DNA from: Octopus vulgaris
Taxonomy: Eukaryota
Length of the DNA: 64,000 nt
NCBI GenBank assembly: GCA_951406725.2
Contig: OX597814.1
Span: 74,710,001 to 74,774,000, forward strand
Reading direction: 5' to 3'
In this document: positions 25,979-37,407 of the stretch, one piece after another
Layout of the letters: each line of letters begins with the position of its first letter
Position numbering within the stretch: position 1 is the stretch's first letter
Notes under the pieces: model-generated
Databases searched by the model: none
Told to the model about the DNA's origin: nothing
The model's input: the letters and a program-made list of their open reading frames with translations, nothing else
Made by a program: the position numbers and the translations under genes

Positions 25979-27113
25979 CAAGGTTCGGCTGAAAAGTCCA
26001 TAGGCTGATCAAGTTACTCTCATGGAATGTGACCAAATAAGTTTATTTTTCATCATGGTTCCCCTTGCGATCCACACACTTCTTCCATCGGTGTCGCAGT
26101 GCTTGGATCCCATTGACGAAAACGCTTTCATCTTGCTCGTAAAAAAAAGAGTCCAGCAGCAGATATGACGTCATCATCACTGTGATACTGGTTTTCAGCC
26201 GAGTGTTTTTTCATATTGGGGAACAGACGATAGTCAGATGGGTCCAAACCAGGAAAAGAGGGAGAAAAACCACAATCATGCACAAGTGCCATTGAAAACT
26301 AGAGCTTGTGTGCTGAAGTATGGTCTTGGTGAAACAAGACTCCTTTAGTCAATTTCCCAGGGCGTGTGGTCTTGATCGTCTTTCGTAACTGCCTTAACAA
26401 GTTGGTATTAAACTTTCTATTGATAGTGTGGCCATTTTGAAGTTAGTCAATAAACAAAATGCCTTTTGCATCCCAAAAAACAAGCTATCATCTTCCCTGC
26501 AGATGAAATGACATTGGCTTTCTTTGGAGCAAGTGAGGAGGGGTGATTCCAGTGCATGAATTGTCTCTTTGTCTCTAGCTGAAAGTGAAGAAGCCAACGC
26601 TCATCCTGCGTCAGGAAATGTTCAAGGAAATCAGTTGGATCTGCGTCAAACAATGATTTTCCCGCGGTGTAGTCAATCTGATGCGCTTTTGATCAAAGTT
26701 TTATGTAAATACGATCAATGTTATCCTCGGTTGTGGCAGTTGCAGGACAACAAGACCTTGGGTCATCTTCAAGAGTCTCCCTTCCCCTCCTAAATTCAGC
26801 TGCCCACTTTTGCACTGCTGATAAAACTGGAGTGTCTTCTTCTAATGTAGCAATTATGTCAACATGAATATCGTTGGAGTTAAACTGTTTTTCAGTAGGT
26901 ACTTGGTAACACCAAGATGCCAAATTTTGTCCATTTTCAAGAGAAGTCGCTACTAGTTACATTTGAAGTTTCTTTTGGACAGTCAGCTGTGAGTATCCCT
27001 GGAAAGAAACATTGCAGTTATTTACGAGAGGGGTGAAATTAATGCATGCAAGATCTCACAGCTTTAGCATCACTCCTTGATAGTCATCCTATTTATTTTT
27101 CAGCCTACCTTTG
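25979..27113 (-). mobile_element. Decayed mariner transposon with TIRs and TA target duplication
   Basis: Fragments VQKWAAEFRRGRETLEDDPRS and FLEHFLTQDERW..PKKANVISSAGKMIA. Ends TA-CAAGGTTCGGCTGAAAA and TTTTCAGCCTACCTTTG-TA. Confidence 0.85.
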
Positions 27114-27761
27114 TATTTAGAGAGTTATAAAAAGAACTCCCTTACAATGAGCTTTATCTTAATCAATACACAGTGATAAATTGATAAAGTTACAAAAAGT
27201 CAGGTTAAATTACAAACAGTATACAGTATTGAAATACTGAGGATGTCGGTTTTAACTTCTCTTCCCCCACTCTACGGTTGATAAAATCCGTTCTGCAATC
27301 GATTTACTGTTCTAACTAGATGCATGTGACTAGATGTGTGGCCAGTTACTAATGTAAAAATCCTCTATTATGTTCAATACTTTCTAAAATGCATGTACAA
27401 TGAAATTTAAATTTAACAATACATTCCTAATTATTTTCTTAAAATTCTATTGTTTAAATTAACCAGCACGTTTCAACTTTGTAGCGATGATTTTCAACTC
27501 TGTGTAATTATGCAAAACAGTATTCACGAAGTATTCAACTGGTCTGAAACTTACTTGGTAATTTATCCAGCCACGCAATGTCTTGCTGGTTATATATTTA
27601 CTTGCTATTGTTTAAGAAATAATTCATTTTATATTGATTTAATGGACACAAGAGGATTGACAATTACAATATTAAAAAAAAAAACCTGAAAGCCGAAGTA
27701 AAAAAAAATGCTGACTTTTCATATTGTTAAAAGCCATATTTTGTAGTGTATGAGTTTGTGT

Positions 27762-28070
27762 AAGAGTGGCAGTATGGTAAGAAGCTTGATTTTTAACCAC
27801 ATCGTTGTGGGCTGTTCCACCTCGTGGCACTTCGGGCAAGTGACTTCTACTGTAGCCTGGATCCGACCAAAGCTTTAAGTGGATTTACCAGACAGAAACT
27901 GAAAGAAGCCTGTCATACACATACACACATAAACACACAAACACACACACACACACACACACACATGTATATATGTGTGTGTGTATGTGTCTTTATGTCT
28001 ATGTTTTCCCCCAACATTTTTTGACAACCGGTGCTGATGTGTTTACGTTCTCATAACTCAGTGGTTCAGT
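27762..28070 (+). mobile_element. SINE (family A), truncated
   Basis: GAGTGGCAGTATGGTAAGAAGCTTG..GTGGCACTTCGGGCAAGTGACTTCTAC..GAAACTGAAAGAAGCC..TGTTTACGT. Confidence 0.7.
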
Positions 28071-28239
28071 GGGGGGAACATTTTTTTTTTCACAACAAAT
28101 TCTGATACAGTCGGAATCTACGCCATTTGAAGCGTATTTGTAGAGAACTTCATTAAAAATACCTATTTTTCTGAAAGTTACTTGTTGGGGTAGATACGTG
28201 AAGGTACGCTGCAGCTAACTCCACCGGCTGCTGTATATC

Positions 28240-28831
28240 ATTGCGCATGCGTTTGAGATGCATATTGCAAATATTGATTCGTGTGTTAAGTGAATCTCTT
28301 TTAATTTATGTGGAACCAAAATATCGAGCTTCTTAACGTTTCCAAGACATTTTAAGTGATTTTCAATTGCTGTGTGTGATACATTTAACCTCTCTGCAAT
28401 CTCTTGCAGTTATATGACAATTATGGCTTTGATTCGGTCATCATAAACTTCAGTAGGTCGACCAGAACGTTGGTCATCTTTGAAAGAAAAATCTCCCGAA
28501 CGGAGTTTTTAAAACCATTTCTCACATGTGCGTTCTGTTAAGCAATCAACACCATAAACTTCCAATATCTCTTTGTGAGCCTCAGCAGCTTTCTTGCCTT
28601 TACAGAAATAAAAAAAAAAGCAAAATATGGCAAAATGTTCGTTTTTGCACTCTATGTTAAAATTGACACTAAACTAACTGCTGTAAACAAAATTACGTGC
28701 AATTTGCTTCTAAAGTAAGCTAAAGTAACAGCTATTAAACGTCAAAAGGAAAAAAATCATAACTTTGACAAAAGTCTTAAAAACATCGTAACTCTATTTG
28801 CGAAAAACGAAATTATTTTCTTGCCAACCTA
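28240..28831 (-). mobile_element. 5' half of a decayed mariner
   Basis: The rc translates GKKAAEAHKEILEVYGVDCLTERTCEKWF..FKDDQRSGRP..LDILVPHKLK (WVPHEL-like). TIR-like TTATTTTCTTGCCAACCTA at the end. Confidence 0.8.
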
Positions 28832-29478
28832 AACCGCTGCAATATGAAACTTGAGAAACCAACACTTTCATTTATAATAAATATGCTATATTCTACTTTG
28901 TTCTAATTTGGTATTGAGTCCTTTATGTAAGTTTCAGTTTTAGTTCCAAAGACCAAATTTATCTGTACATTCATATAATACAATTATTAACATACATAAA
29001 CACACATAAATACATGGTTATCCATATGCGTGTGAAGATGTATTGTATTTTAAAGTAGATCATTCAGTATGTTGTAGTATCAAATAGCACTAAAATATTA
29101 TGCTTTCATTTAGAAATTATGTTATGTAAGCAATTATAATGTGACTTATAAATTATCCGATCCATGAGGGAAGACACACAAGGGCGTAGAACCATCCGAT
29201 CATTCGCACTGAATACTTTAGATGATTTGATAAGGATTTTGAAATTCTTAAGTTACACCAGTAATAAAATGGTAAGTAGTATCATTAATACCCTGTACTC
29301 TTTCTAGATGTCAACACTTTTACCAGTGAAATATTTTCAACTAAACAATATTAAGCATGAAAATCATAGTTTCATTTGTTTTGATTTAATATACTTCAGC
29401 CTGTTTCTTTTTCAGGAAAGGGCATCGTCTTTAAACTCAGCTTAGAATATTGGTTTCAAATTTTGGCACAACGCCAAC

Positions 29479-29690
29479 AAAATAAGTACCCGTAGAGCAC
29501 TGAGGAATCGATGGAATCGAATTACCACATTCGATTTCATTGATTCCTCAGTGCTCTACGGGTACTTATTTTATCGATCTTGAAAGGATGAAAGGTATAA
29601 TTGACTTCGATGGAATTTGAGTGCAGAACGTAAAAACGCATGAAATGCAGCTAAACATTTCGCACGGTGCAGTAACGACTCTGCCTTGCC
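29479..29690 (-). mobile_element. Family B SINE with an inverted duplication forming a 44-bp-arm hairpin
   Basis: 29479-29522 pairs with 29529-29572. The SINE body continues to 29690. Confidence 0.75.
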
Positions 29691-30829
29691 AACTCGGAAT
29701 ATTGCTAGCATTCATTTCATGGCTTTCTGAAACTGAAAAACAAGTCCGATCTGAAAGAGTTGGGTTACATAGTAACGGGTTGCATTCTATTATTTAAGTT
29801 AAATAATAGACAGAATTATTGAATAATAGTAATTCCCACTGTACACACAGGCACGTTTGCACGTATACACATATGCACATATGCACAGGCGCTCTTACGC
29901 GCGCACACGTGCACACACAACAAACTTCCACCTAAATTTCCGTTCTCGAAATTTTTTCTATTCACCTCAATTCAACAAGGCGACAGGCTCTGACTGTATC
30001 TTACCATCACTCTACTGAGATAAATCCCAATTTATAGAAACATGCTATGATGTGCCCAATCCCATTTCCAAGTACCAGAAATATTCAGACCATGCCAACT
30101 ACCAATCTAACCTTTTATATACAACTCATCCTTCCATTATCTTTGCTTCTTGATTCTTGCAAGAAAATATTGATATTTATTACCTCTATATTTTCTTTCT
30201 TCTCAAGTTTCCTTTCTGTGTTAAGCATACAATACATCTTTTCTATATTTATAACTATGTTTCGAACAATTCCGAATCACCAATCTGAAGTTGTTCTTGT
30301 TTGTCTTATTACACAATGACATACTAGAGATTATATCGATACCAGTTTAAAATACCTTTAAAAAAACAATGCTCACAATTTTTGATGTCAATAATTAATA
30401 AAATTAAAAATTAAATAATTTACTAAAATTAATGATTGAGAAATACACTTATAACAGTTATAATTTATCATTATCGTAAATAATTAAATACTAGCAAGAA
30501 ATCTGGAGTAGCGAGAGAGGTATTAAGTCTCAACAGGTGTTTAATTGCTTGAGAAATTAATCCTGATGATTCTGTACAAATTTGTTATCTGACACGACGT
30601 TTCTAGTTTTAGAACAAAAATACAAAAAAATATGAAGACATGTAACAGATTTTTCATTAAAGTTACGTAATGATATATATATATATATATATATATATAG
30701 CGTATTCCAAATGAACAGGGTAATGTAATCCGATAGTAGAACAAGTTCCGCGAATTAGGTACTCCAAAGCCAGTTGGAAGGCCGACCGTCCGTGTGAGCG
30801 TGCGGTAAATAGTACCCCCCCCCCAAAAA

Positions 30830-31147
30830 AAAACCGAAGAGGACGTGATACATGCAAAGTGTTAGCAGACGCTCAGGGAAAGAAAGAAAGTTATCTCTTC
30901 GTCAGAAACAGGAGACGAACGAAAGTCCAAGATAAAAGGAAGACGGAGGAAAAAAATCGTCAACGATCCCACATGTGGTTACCGCCTTCCTTTTCTCTTG
31001 GTTTTTCATCCGTTTCCTGTTTCTGACGAAGAGCTTTGCACGAAACGTAAAACTACCTTTCTTTTCCTGAGCGTCTACTAATACTTTGCTTGTACCACGT
31101 CTTCGGATTATGGTTTTTCCTTGTGTTTGGCCTTCGTTTTTTTTATT

Positions 31148-31150
<3 letters not shown>
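30830..31150. mobile_element. Fold-back PLE-derived element with a minimal type I hammerhead at 31019-31053 (+)
   Basis: The left arm is the rc of the right arm with a deletion through the HHR. Motif: GTTT-CTGACGA-A-GAGC-TTT-GCAC-GAAAC-GTA-AAAC. Confidence 0.7.
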
Positions 31151-31215
<65 letters not shown>

Positions 31216-31812
31216 GCACACATTTCATGTGATTGAAGAGATTGACTCTTATGCTTTTCCAGTCACAAAAGGGTGACATGTAGCGCTCTACGTTGGCTCA
31301 CTGTAAGTAAATTACAGAGGGCAGCGCTAAGCAGTGATAAGTGAAATTGTAATGTTATTGTTAGTCGGAATATGCTTGAGGCACTTTCGAACTGATAATT
31401 ACCCTATAAATAGAGACTGTTTTAAGCATCAATGGTCTGAGTGTTGTAGATGTCTATGCAGAATGTCATGTCTTCTCTCGCGAAGTTTCAATGTGTGCGA
31501 AGCTGCGATCTGATATACACACTCCTTTTTACATAGTGGTTCTAATGACTGCATGCTTATCCAGATATGCGTTATAAGATGGCAAACATGAAACGATACG
31601 TATGTTCGTGTGTTAAATCCAGCTTCTGTGCTAGGCTTTTGTTTTCAACTAACATGCATGTTGTATTACGTTTTTCATATCCTGTTGACTCGTTGTGGAG
31701 ATATGTGTAACTCATAACCAACTTATGCGGTGTAAATTAAATCACATCTAAATGTTTGCAAGGTGTTGTTAAATCATTCACACGTAGCTTCCGCAAACAC
31801 CACTTACGACAT

Positions 31813-31888
<76 letters not shown>

Positions 31889-32352
31889 GCTTTATCTCCA
31901 AGAATTTGAACTGCAGTTTTTACCTCTGTAGAAATGTAATGCTCTATGACTCACGTGGGTGGACAGGGAGAATAATAGATCTCATTCGTATTTTTGGATT
32001 CACTAGTACTGGGTGTCTGGCATGGTTTGTCCGATGTTACAGATATCGGACGGGTATGTTTGATTCTTAGTATTTTCAAATCTAAATCAGAAGAAATCTC
32101 TGAGCTGATGAAGGAAAAGTGGCGTTTTACCCACAAATCCAGAAACAGACTGTCCTCGGGTATCGTATATGGATGTGATCTTTCATTGTTTTTCCCTTAT
32201 ACCTATGTGAGTTATTTTCTGAGTATGCATTGTCTGGAGACTTTTATTTGCAGTTGAAGAAATAGCCAAATTTTTGGCTGCTATTTCTGAAAAGTTCGGT
32301 GTGTGGTAAAGTGAATTTTTTTACTTTACCATATTTTTATAAATTAATACTT

Positions 32353-32424
<72 letters not shown>

Positions 32425-32813
32425 GGCATGTGATGTCAGTAATTACTCACGGTAAGCAGTTGGTGATGTTTATGGAATAAAACACAAAAAATAAGCGAAA
32501 CACAGGCGCGCGATTGAGTCGTAGACAGATTTACTTCTGCTTTTTATAGCGCGTAAAGAAAACGTTGTAGGAATGGATGCAGCACGTGTACTAAAGCAGT
32601 TCTATGCGTAGCTTTAATAGTGAGATTGAAAGGTAGGAGCAAATTATGTCTACCTAATCTGTAAAAAAATAAAATATTTTGTATTTTATGCAGAGTAACC
32701 TTCATAATTTCATTGAATTAGGTGCATATTTTGTCATAAAAGGAAAATATTACTATCGATCTAATTTATTCAGGATAGGCAGTGCCTACCTTGCCTACCC
32801 AGGCGGCATGTCC

Positions 32814-32861
<48 letters not shown>

Positions 32862-32907
32862 CAAATGAAAGAATGGAGTCGAACGACGATTTAACAAAAT
32901 TCCTTTA

Positions 32908-32990
32908 TTCTCGACATATGTTTCGAAGACAGCAAATTCTTAATTCCGAAGGAATAAAGGGTGCATTATGCCGCCTTCTCATCAGGAAAG
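32908..32990 (-). ncRNA. Type I hammerhead with extended stem II
   Basis: rc TTTC-CTGATGA-GAAGGCGGCA-(34 nt)-TGCTGTCTTC-GAAAC-ATAT-GTC-GAGA. 10-bp stem II, palindromic stem III, GUC triplet. Confidence 0.8.
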
Positions 32991-33564
32991 ACAAGGAACT
33001 TATGTCAGTATCATGACGAACAAAAACTTTTAGATGACTGCCCACACGGAGTCCATAGTGATAATGAGTGTTTCTTTAAAATATTCCGTTATAAGCAGTG
33101 ACGTCAAAATTGGTTGGATGGAGAAGATTCTAAAAAGTTCAAGAGTTCAAAAATGGTTGGAAGGGGAAAGTTCTAAGAATAGGGGGGTGACAGAGTGCAA
33201 GTCGTATGTATGGTGATGCGTTGTTGTTTGCTTTTGCCAATGATATTGAGTGCCTATGTGTGTGTATGTATATAACTGCATTCGTGTCTATGTGTGTGTA
33301 TGTGTGTGCGTGATTGTTTGTGTGGGGGGATAAATGCCAAATACATCTAGTGGTGAAGTGACAGGTTTGTGTCTGTGTGTTTTATTGTGCTTATGATAGA
33401 GAGAGGAAGAGAGAAAGAGAGGGGTAGAGAGACAAAGGTAGAACATACTCCAACGAATTTGGTCGTAGGCCTTCAAGTAACGGAGTATAAAAAAATTTGT
33501 CTATGGTGTTGTTATAGAAGTGGAACAAAATTATTAAATTCAAGGAGGTTATCTATATTAATCA

Positions 33565-34600
33565 TCATTCATATGAGTGGTAGGTGTGTTTCTGCCAGTG
33601 CATGCACCTATAGGATTTTTCTACCATTGTGTTTACTAAAGGGAATTTGGCGAAAAGTATATAGAAAAGCTCGGAATTACAAACGGCACAATATTTCCTG
33701 CCCTTATCAAAAGGAAAGGATACAGACAATATAGACCATTCCAGCTTGAAAGTTATATTGCTGTCCTTAAGACGCAAAACTAATTTACTTAGTCCTGTAC
33801 TTTGTTGTTTCCTCTTATCTCGGAAAGTTGAATAATGATTGGAAATCCTCTGGGATAATTTAGAAGTAGTCGCCCCAACATAGAAGAAGACACCGGTACC
33901 GGAAGAAACCTTACACTGGTAAATGGAATTTCTAATTTTGGAATTACTGGACAAGAACTTTAATCTGTTAGGGTTTACCTCCGAGACTAAGACGGAGTTT
34001 TTATTGTTATGATTGCTGTTAATATAACTGCTAGCACTGACCACTATACTATTTCTATTATTGTTATTATTAATTGTACTATCGCCGGTAATATCCCTGA
34101 CTATAGAAATGCTGCCGTTGTTATCATCAATACTACCACTGTTATTAGAAATGCTATCGTTGTTACCACTAACACTACCACTGTTAATAATCCGACTAAT
34201 ATTATTATTAATATTACCACTGTTGATGCCAACGCTGTTATGAATGTTGCTATTATCAATACTATTTCTATTATTATTATTGTATGTTTGGTTGGAATTG
34301 GTAAGAATAGTGTTGTAACTCCCAGGTGAAGAATCCTTGTTTAGCAGCTTGTTATTATGGGAGGCAATAATTTGCGATAGATTTCTAGTGTTAGAGAATG
34401 CAATCCTTACCTTATGCGAATTGATAGTAGAGTAATACCTAGAATTCCTGGGAAAGTTCCTAGCTACGGCTTCACGGAACTGCAAAGGAAGGTTTGACTT
34501 GATTTGTTTTCCGAAAGGTATGACAAACCAGATATAGTTTTTAGTGGACTTAGAATTGTTCAAAGTGTTACCAGTTGCATTAAAGGGAATATTTCTGTGC
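33565..34600 (-). pseudogene. Open C-terminal part of PLE polyprotein (GIY-YIG endonuclease)
   Basis: Homologous to the C-terminal half of the 896-aa ORF. The ATG-proximal residues are an artefact of the inverted duplication. Confidence 0.8.
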
Positions 34601-34994
34601 TGGAAAATTGGGATTGGTTGCCGATTGCCTCCCCTGGTCCGTAAATTATTTTTCTTAAGTATAGTGGTGCCTACGTTGTTAGAGCACAGAAATATTCCCT
34701 TTAATGTAACTGGTAACACTTTGAACAATTCTAAGTCCACTAAAAACTATATCTGAGTCATAGAAGCCAGAGCATGAGCCTTTAGGTGCAAACCTTTGTT
34801 AGATCCATGAGTGTAAATCCTTACGTGCAATCCTGCGTATATCCATGTGGATTAACTCGGGGAAGTCCCAGAAACGGCTGTAAGATTTTGAATTTCTTCC
34901 TATAATAATATTTGTATATGACTTGAGATGTTTGCCTTGCCTTAACGTTTGCTGTCCTGTTTAACAATTATATATAAATATATGTATATATATA

Positions 34995-35840
34995 TATTTT
35001 GTATTTTTATATATATTTTTTATACATAAATTATTGCGGCGTAACGTACACCTTGTTCTCTTATATGTATGTAAGCATTCCCCTAAACTTTGTACGACTA
35101 CCACACACACTTTCTCTATACTTCACTGGTCTCTGTCTTTCTCTTTTTTCGCCTCTTTGATTCTTTGGTCTCCTCTTCCCCCACTCTCTCACATTTCTCT
35201 GCCTTTCTCACTTTGCACCTCACTGACCCTGCCTTTCTTTTGTCCCGTCAATACTTGGCACGCTCTCTTTCTTCTCCCCTCCTTAATTCCTTCTTTCTCT
35301 CTCTTCTCCCCCTCCTTGGTGCCTTTTTCTCTCTCTTCTCCCTCTCTTTGATTCCTTTGCCCCCTTTTTTCTCTCTCTTCTCTTCTCACGTGACCGACGG
35401 TCAACTATAGCCTTTCGGCTTCTGAGAACCGCCACGACAACATCGATTTTTTCGTCTGCCATAAGGCATTATTTTTCGAATATGCCAGCTAAGTTGAACT
35501 GTCTCAAGTCGAAAGACGCCTGTTGTTTTTGTCCTGTTATTATTATTATTATTGTTTTTTGTATATTCGTTTTTTGTATTTATATTCGTGTGGCATCGTT
35601 TTTCTGTCCTTGTTTCGTATACATACGATCTTTTTTCCAAGAAATCTAATGCTCGTAGCTTAGTTTTTCCTTGGGGCTGGCCGGATCGGAGCGATCTCAG
35701 GATTAATCAGCCGAAATTGCGAGGATGATCCGGTTCTTGGCTGAAGATTAGAGGCTTCGAATGACCCGTCCGTTTTTTGTGTCGTCTATTTGAATGTTTT
35801 GCGTTCTTGTCCCATTTTGTATTTTTATATATATTATTTA
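34995..35840 (+). mobile_element. PLE 3'-UTR/pLTR-like repeat with permuted HHR-like motif (copy 3)
   Basis: Bounded by the direct repeat TTTGTATTTTTATATATATT, pyrimidine-rich tract, sits between TA tracts. Confidence 0.55.
35680..35756 (+). ncRNA. Candidate non-circularly permuted hammerhead, copy 3
   Basis: GCCGGATC..GCGA-T-C-TCAGGA-TTAATC-AGCC-GAAA-TTGC..GATCCGGT-TCTTGG-CTGAAGA-TTAGA-GGCT. Confidence 0.6.
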
Positions 35841-35859
35841 TACACACACACACACACAC

Positions 35860-35978
<119 letters not shown>

Positions 35979-36034
35979 CATACATATATATATATACATA
36001 TATATATATACATATATATATACATACATACAAA

Positions 36035-36094
<60 letters not shown>

Positions 36095-36095
<1 letters not shown>

Positions 36096-36285
36096 GCCAT
36101 GATAGATCGTTAGCTACTACACACATTTTTTCTCTCCTTGTTTTTTCTGTGTACCTTTCTGTAGAAGAGTGTAGGCTCGATACGTAAAAGACTTTTTCTA
36201 TTCCTGAGCGCTATACTAATACATCTGTTTGTTTTGTACACCACCTGTCTTCGTCTTTTGTTTATTTTCGTAAACTTTCCCTTTA
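36095..36285 (+). mobile_element. Short PLE pLTR-like repeat with a degenerate minimal HHR (36155-36190), inserted in (TA)n
   Basis: CTTT-CTGTAGA-A-GAGT..GCTC-GATAC-GTA-AAAG. Downstream TTCCTGAGCG..TACTAATAC is shared with 31060-31090. Confidence 0.65.
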
Positions 36286-36286
36286 C

Positions 36287-36348
<62 letters not shown>

Positions 36349-36357
36349 GCATATATA

Positions 36358-37085
36358 CAGGTGTTGGACAAAATAATGAAAGCCCCTTAAAATTTCGAAA
36401 AAAATTTGTTAATGTGAGGTACGACCGCCTTTGGCAGTAATTACAGCTTGAATTCTACAAAGTTTGAATTGTTTCCAAAGTAATTTTTGTCCATTCTTCA
36501 GCTAAACCAGTCTCCAGTTCTTGTGATGATGACAGAGGATATCGACTCCTTACTTGTTTTTCTATAATGCACCATAAATGTTCAATAATATTGAAATCTG
36601 GGGACTGTGGTGGCCAGATGTTCAACTTCACTAGAATGTTCCCCGTGCCATTCAGTAACAACTTTAGTTGGTGCATTATTATCCTGAAAGATTGCATTTC
36701 CCCCCGGAAACAGTTCCGCAACCATAGGATGAACTTGATGTGATAAAATGCTTAAATAGTCTTGTCTATTGATTCTGCCATGAAGGGAGACAGTACTTCT
36801 TGATACAACAAATATTTCGATGGTTATTGTAACGCTAGCGCCAGCCATGCGAGTACCAACAATTTGACCTGTTCAAAAGTCCGATAGATTTGTCATTTTA
36901 ATGAATTTTAATTACCTTTTTCTGGTGATATCTGAAAAGAAACAGCAATTTTAGCAAAACACATTAAGCAACACTAATAATAAATCAAAAGACATAAACA
37001 TAAACAAGCTTTTGCCGGTTTTATAGATATTTCAAGATTATGACGCTATGACACTAGGTGCTTCCATTATTTTGTCCAACCCCTG
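36358..37085 (-). mobile_element. Internally deleted Tc1-like transposon with TIRs and TA TSD
   Basis: TA-CAGGTGTTGGACAAAATAATG and CATTATTTTGTCCAACCCCTG-TA. Fragments IFQDNNAP and WPPQSPDFNIIEHLW. Confidence 0.9.
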
Positions 37086-37086
37086 T

Positions 37087-37168
<82 letters not shown>

Positions 37169-37316
37169 TAAAAGCAATAAAGATTCAAGTTAATTTAAAT
37201 GAATTTAATTGAATATGGTACCTAACTTAGATGCACCAAAAAAAACTATACTGATTTAACAATACAGTAATGTGGGGTGATTATAAGCGAGAATGAAGCA
37301 ACAAGAATGGATAGGT

Positions 37317-37407
37317 TTTTAGTACGATCGTTTCATACAAGGACAGGTTTTATTAAAAGTTGCAAAAATTACAGCATATAAACGTGTCCCGTACTCATCA
37401 GCTAAAA
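37317..37407 (-). ncRNA. Type I hammerhead with extended stem II (3' pLTR, sense to ORF)
   Basis: Reverse complement of the motif at 41940-42030. Confidence 0.8.

Larger units (their letters stand above)
32861..34756 (-). mobile_element. 5'-truncated Penelope-like element (RT thumb, Asn-rich linker, GIY-YIG, 3' pLTR with HHR)
   Basis: ORF 33565..34740: WFVIPF..NFP..KVRIAFSNTRNL, SIYQCKVSSGTGVFFYVGATT, CAVC..CMH. HHR at 32908-32990. The 5' end is a 73-bp inverted duplication. Confidence 0.88.

Noticed and set aside
31310-31328. CTCF-like motif ACAGAGGGCAGCGCT
   Set aside because: Single partial match with no supporting context.
32768-32818. Possible hAT-like terminal sequence (rc TAGGGACATGCCGCCTGGGTAGGCAAGGTAGGCA)
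   Set aside because: No partner TIR or convincing transposase found.
34845-34892. CTCGGGGAAG..GAAACGGCTGTA possible HHR relic
   Set aside because: The core is too degenerate and the stems cannot be assigned.
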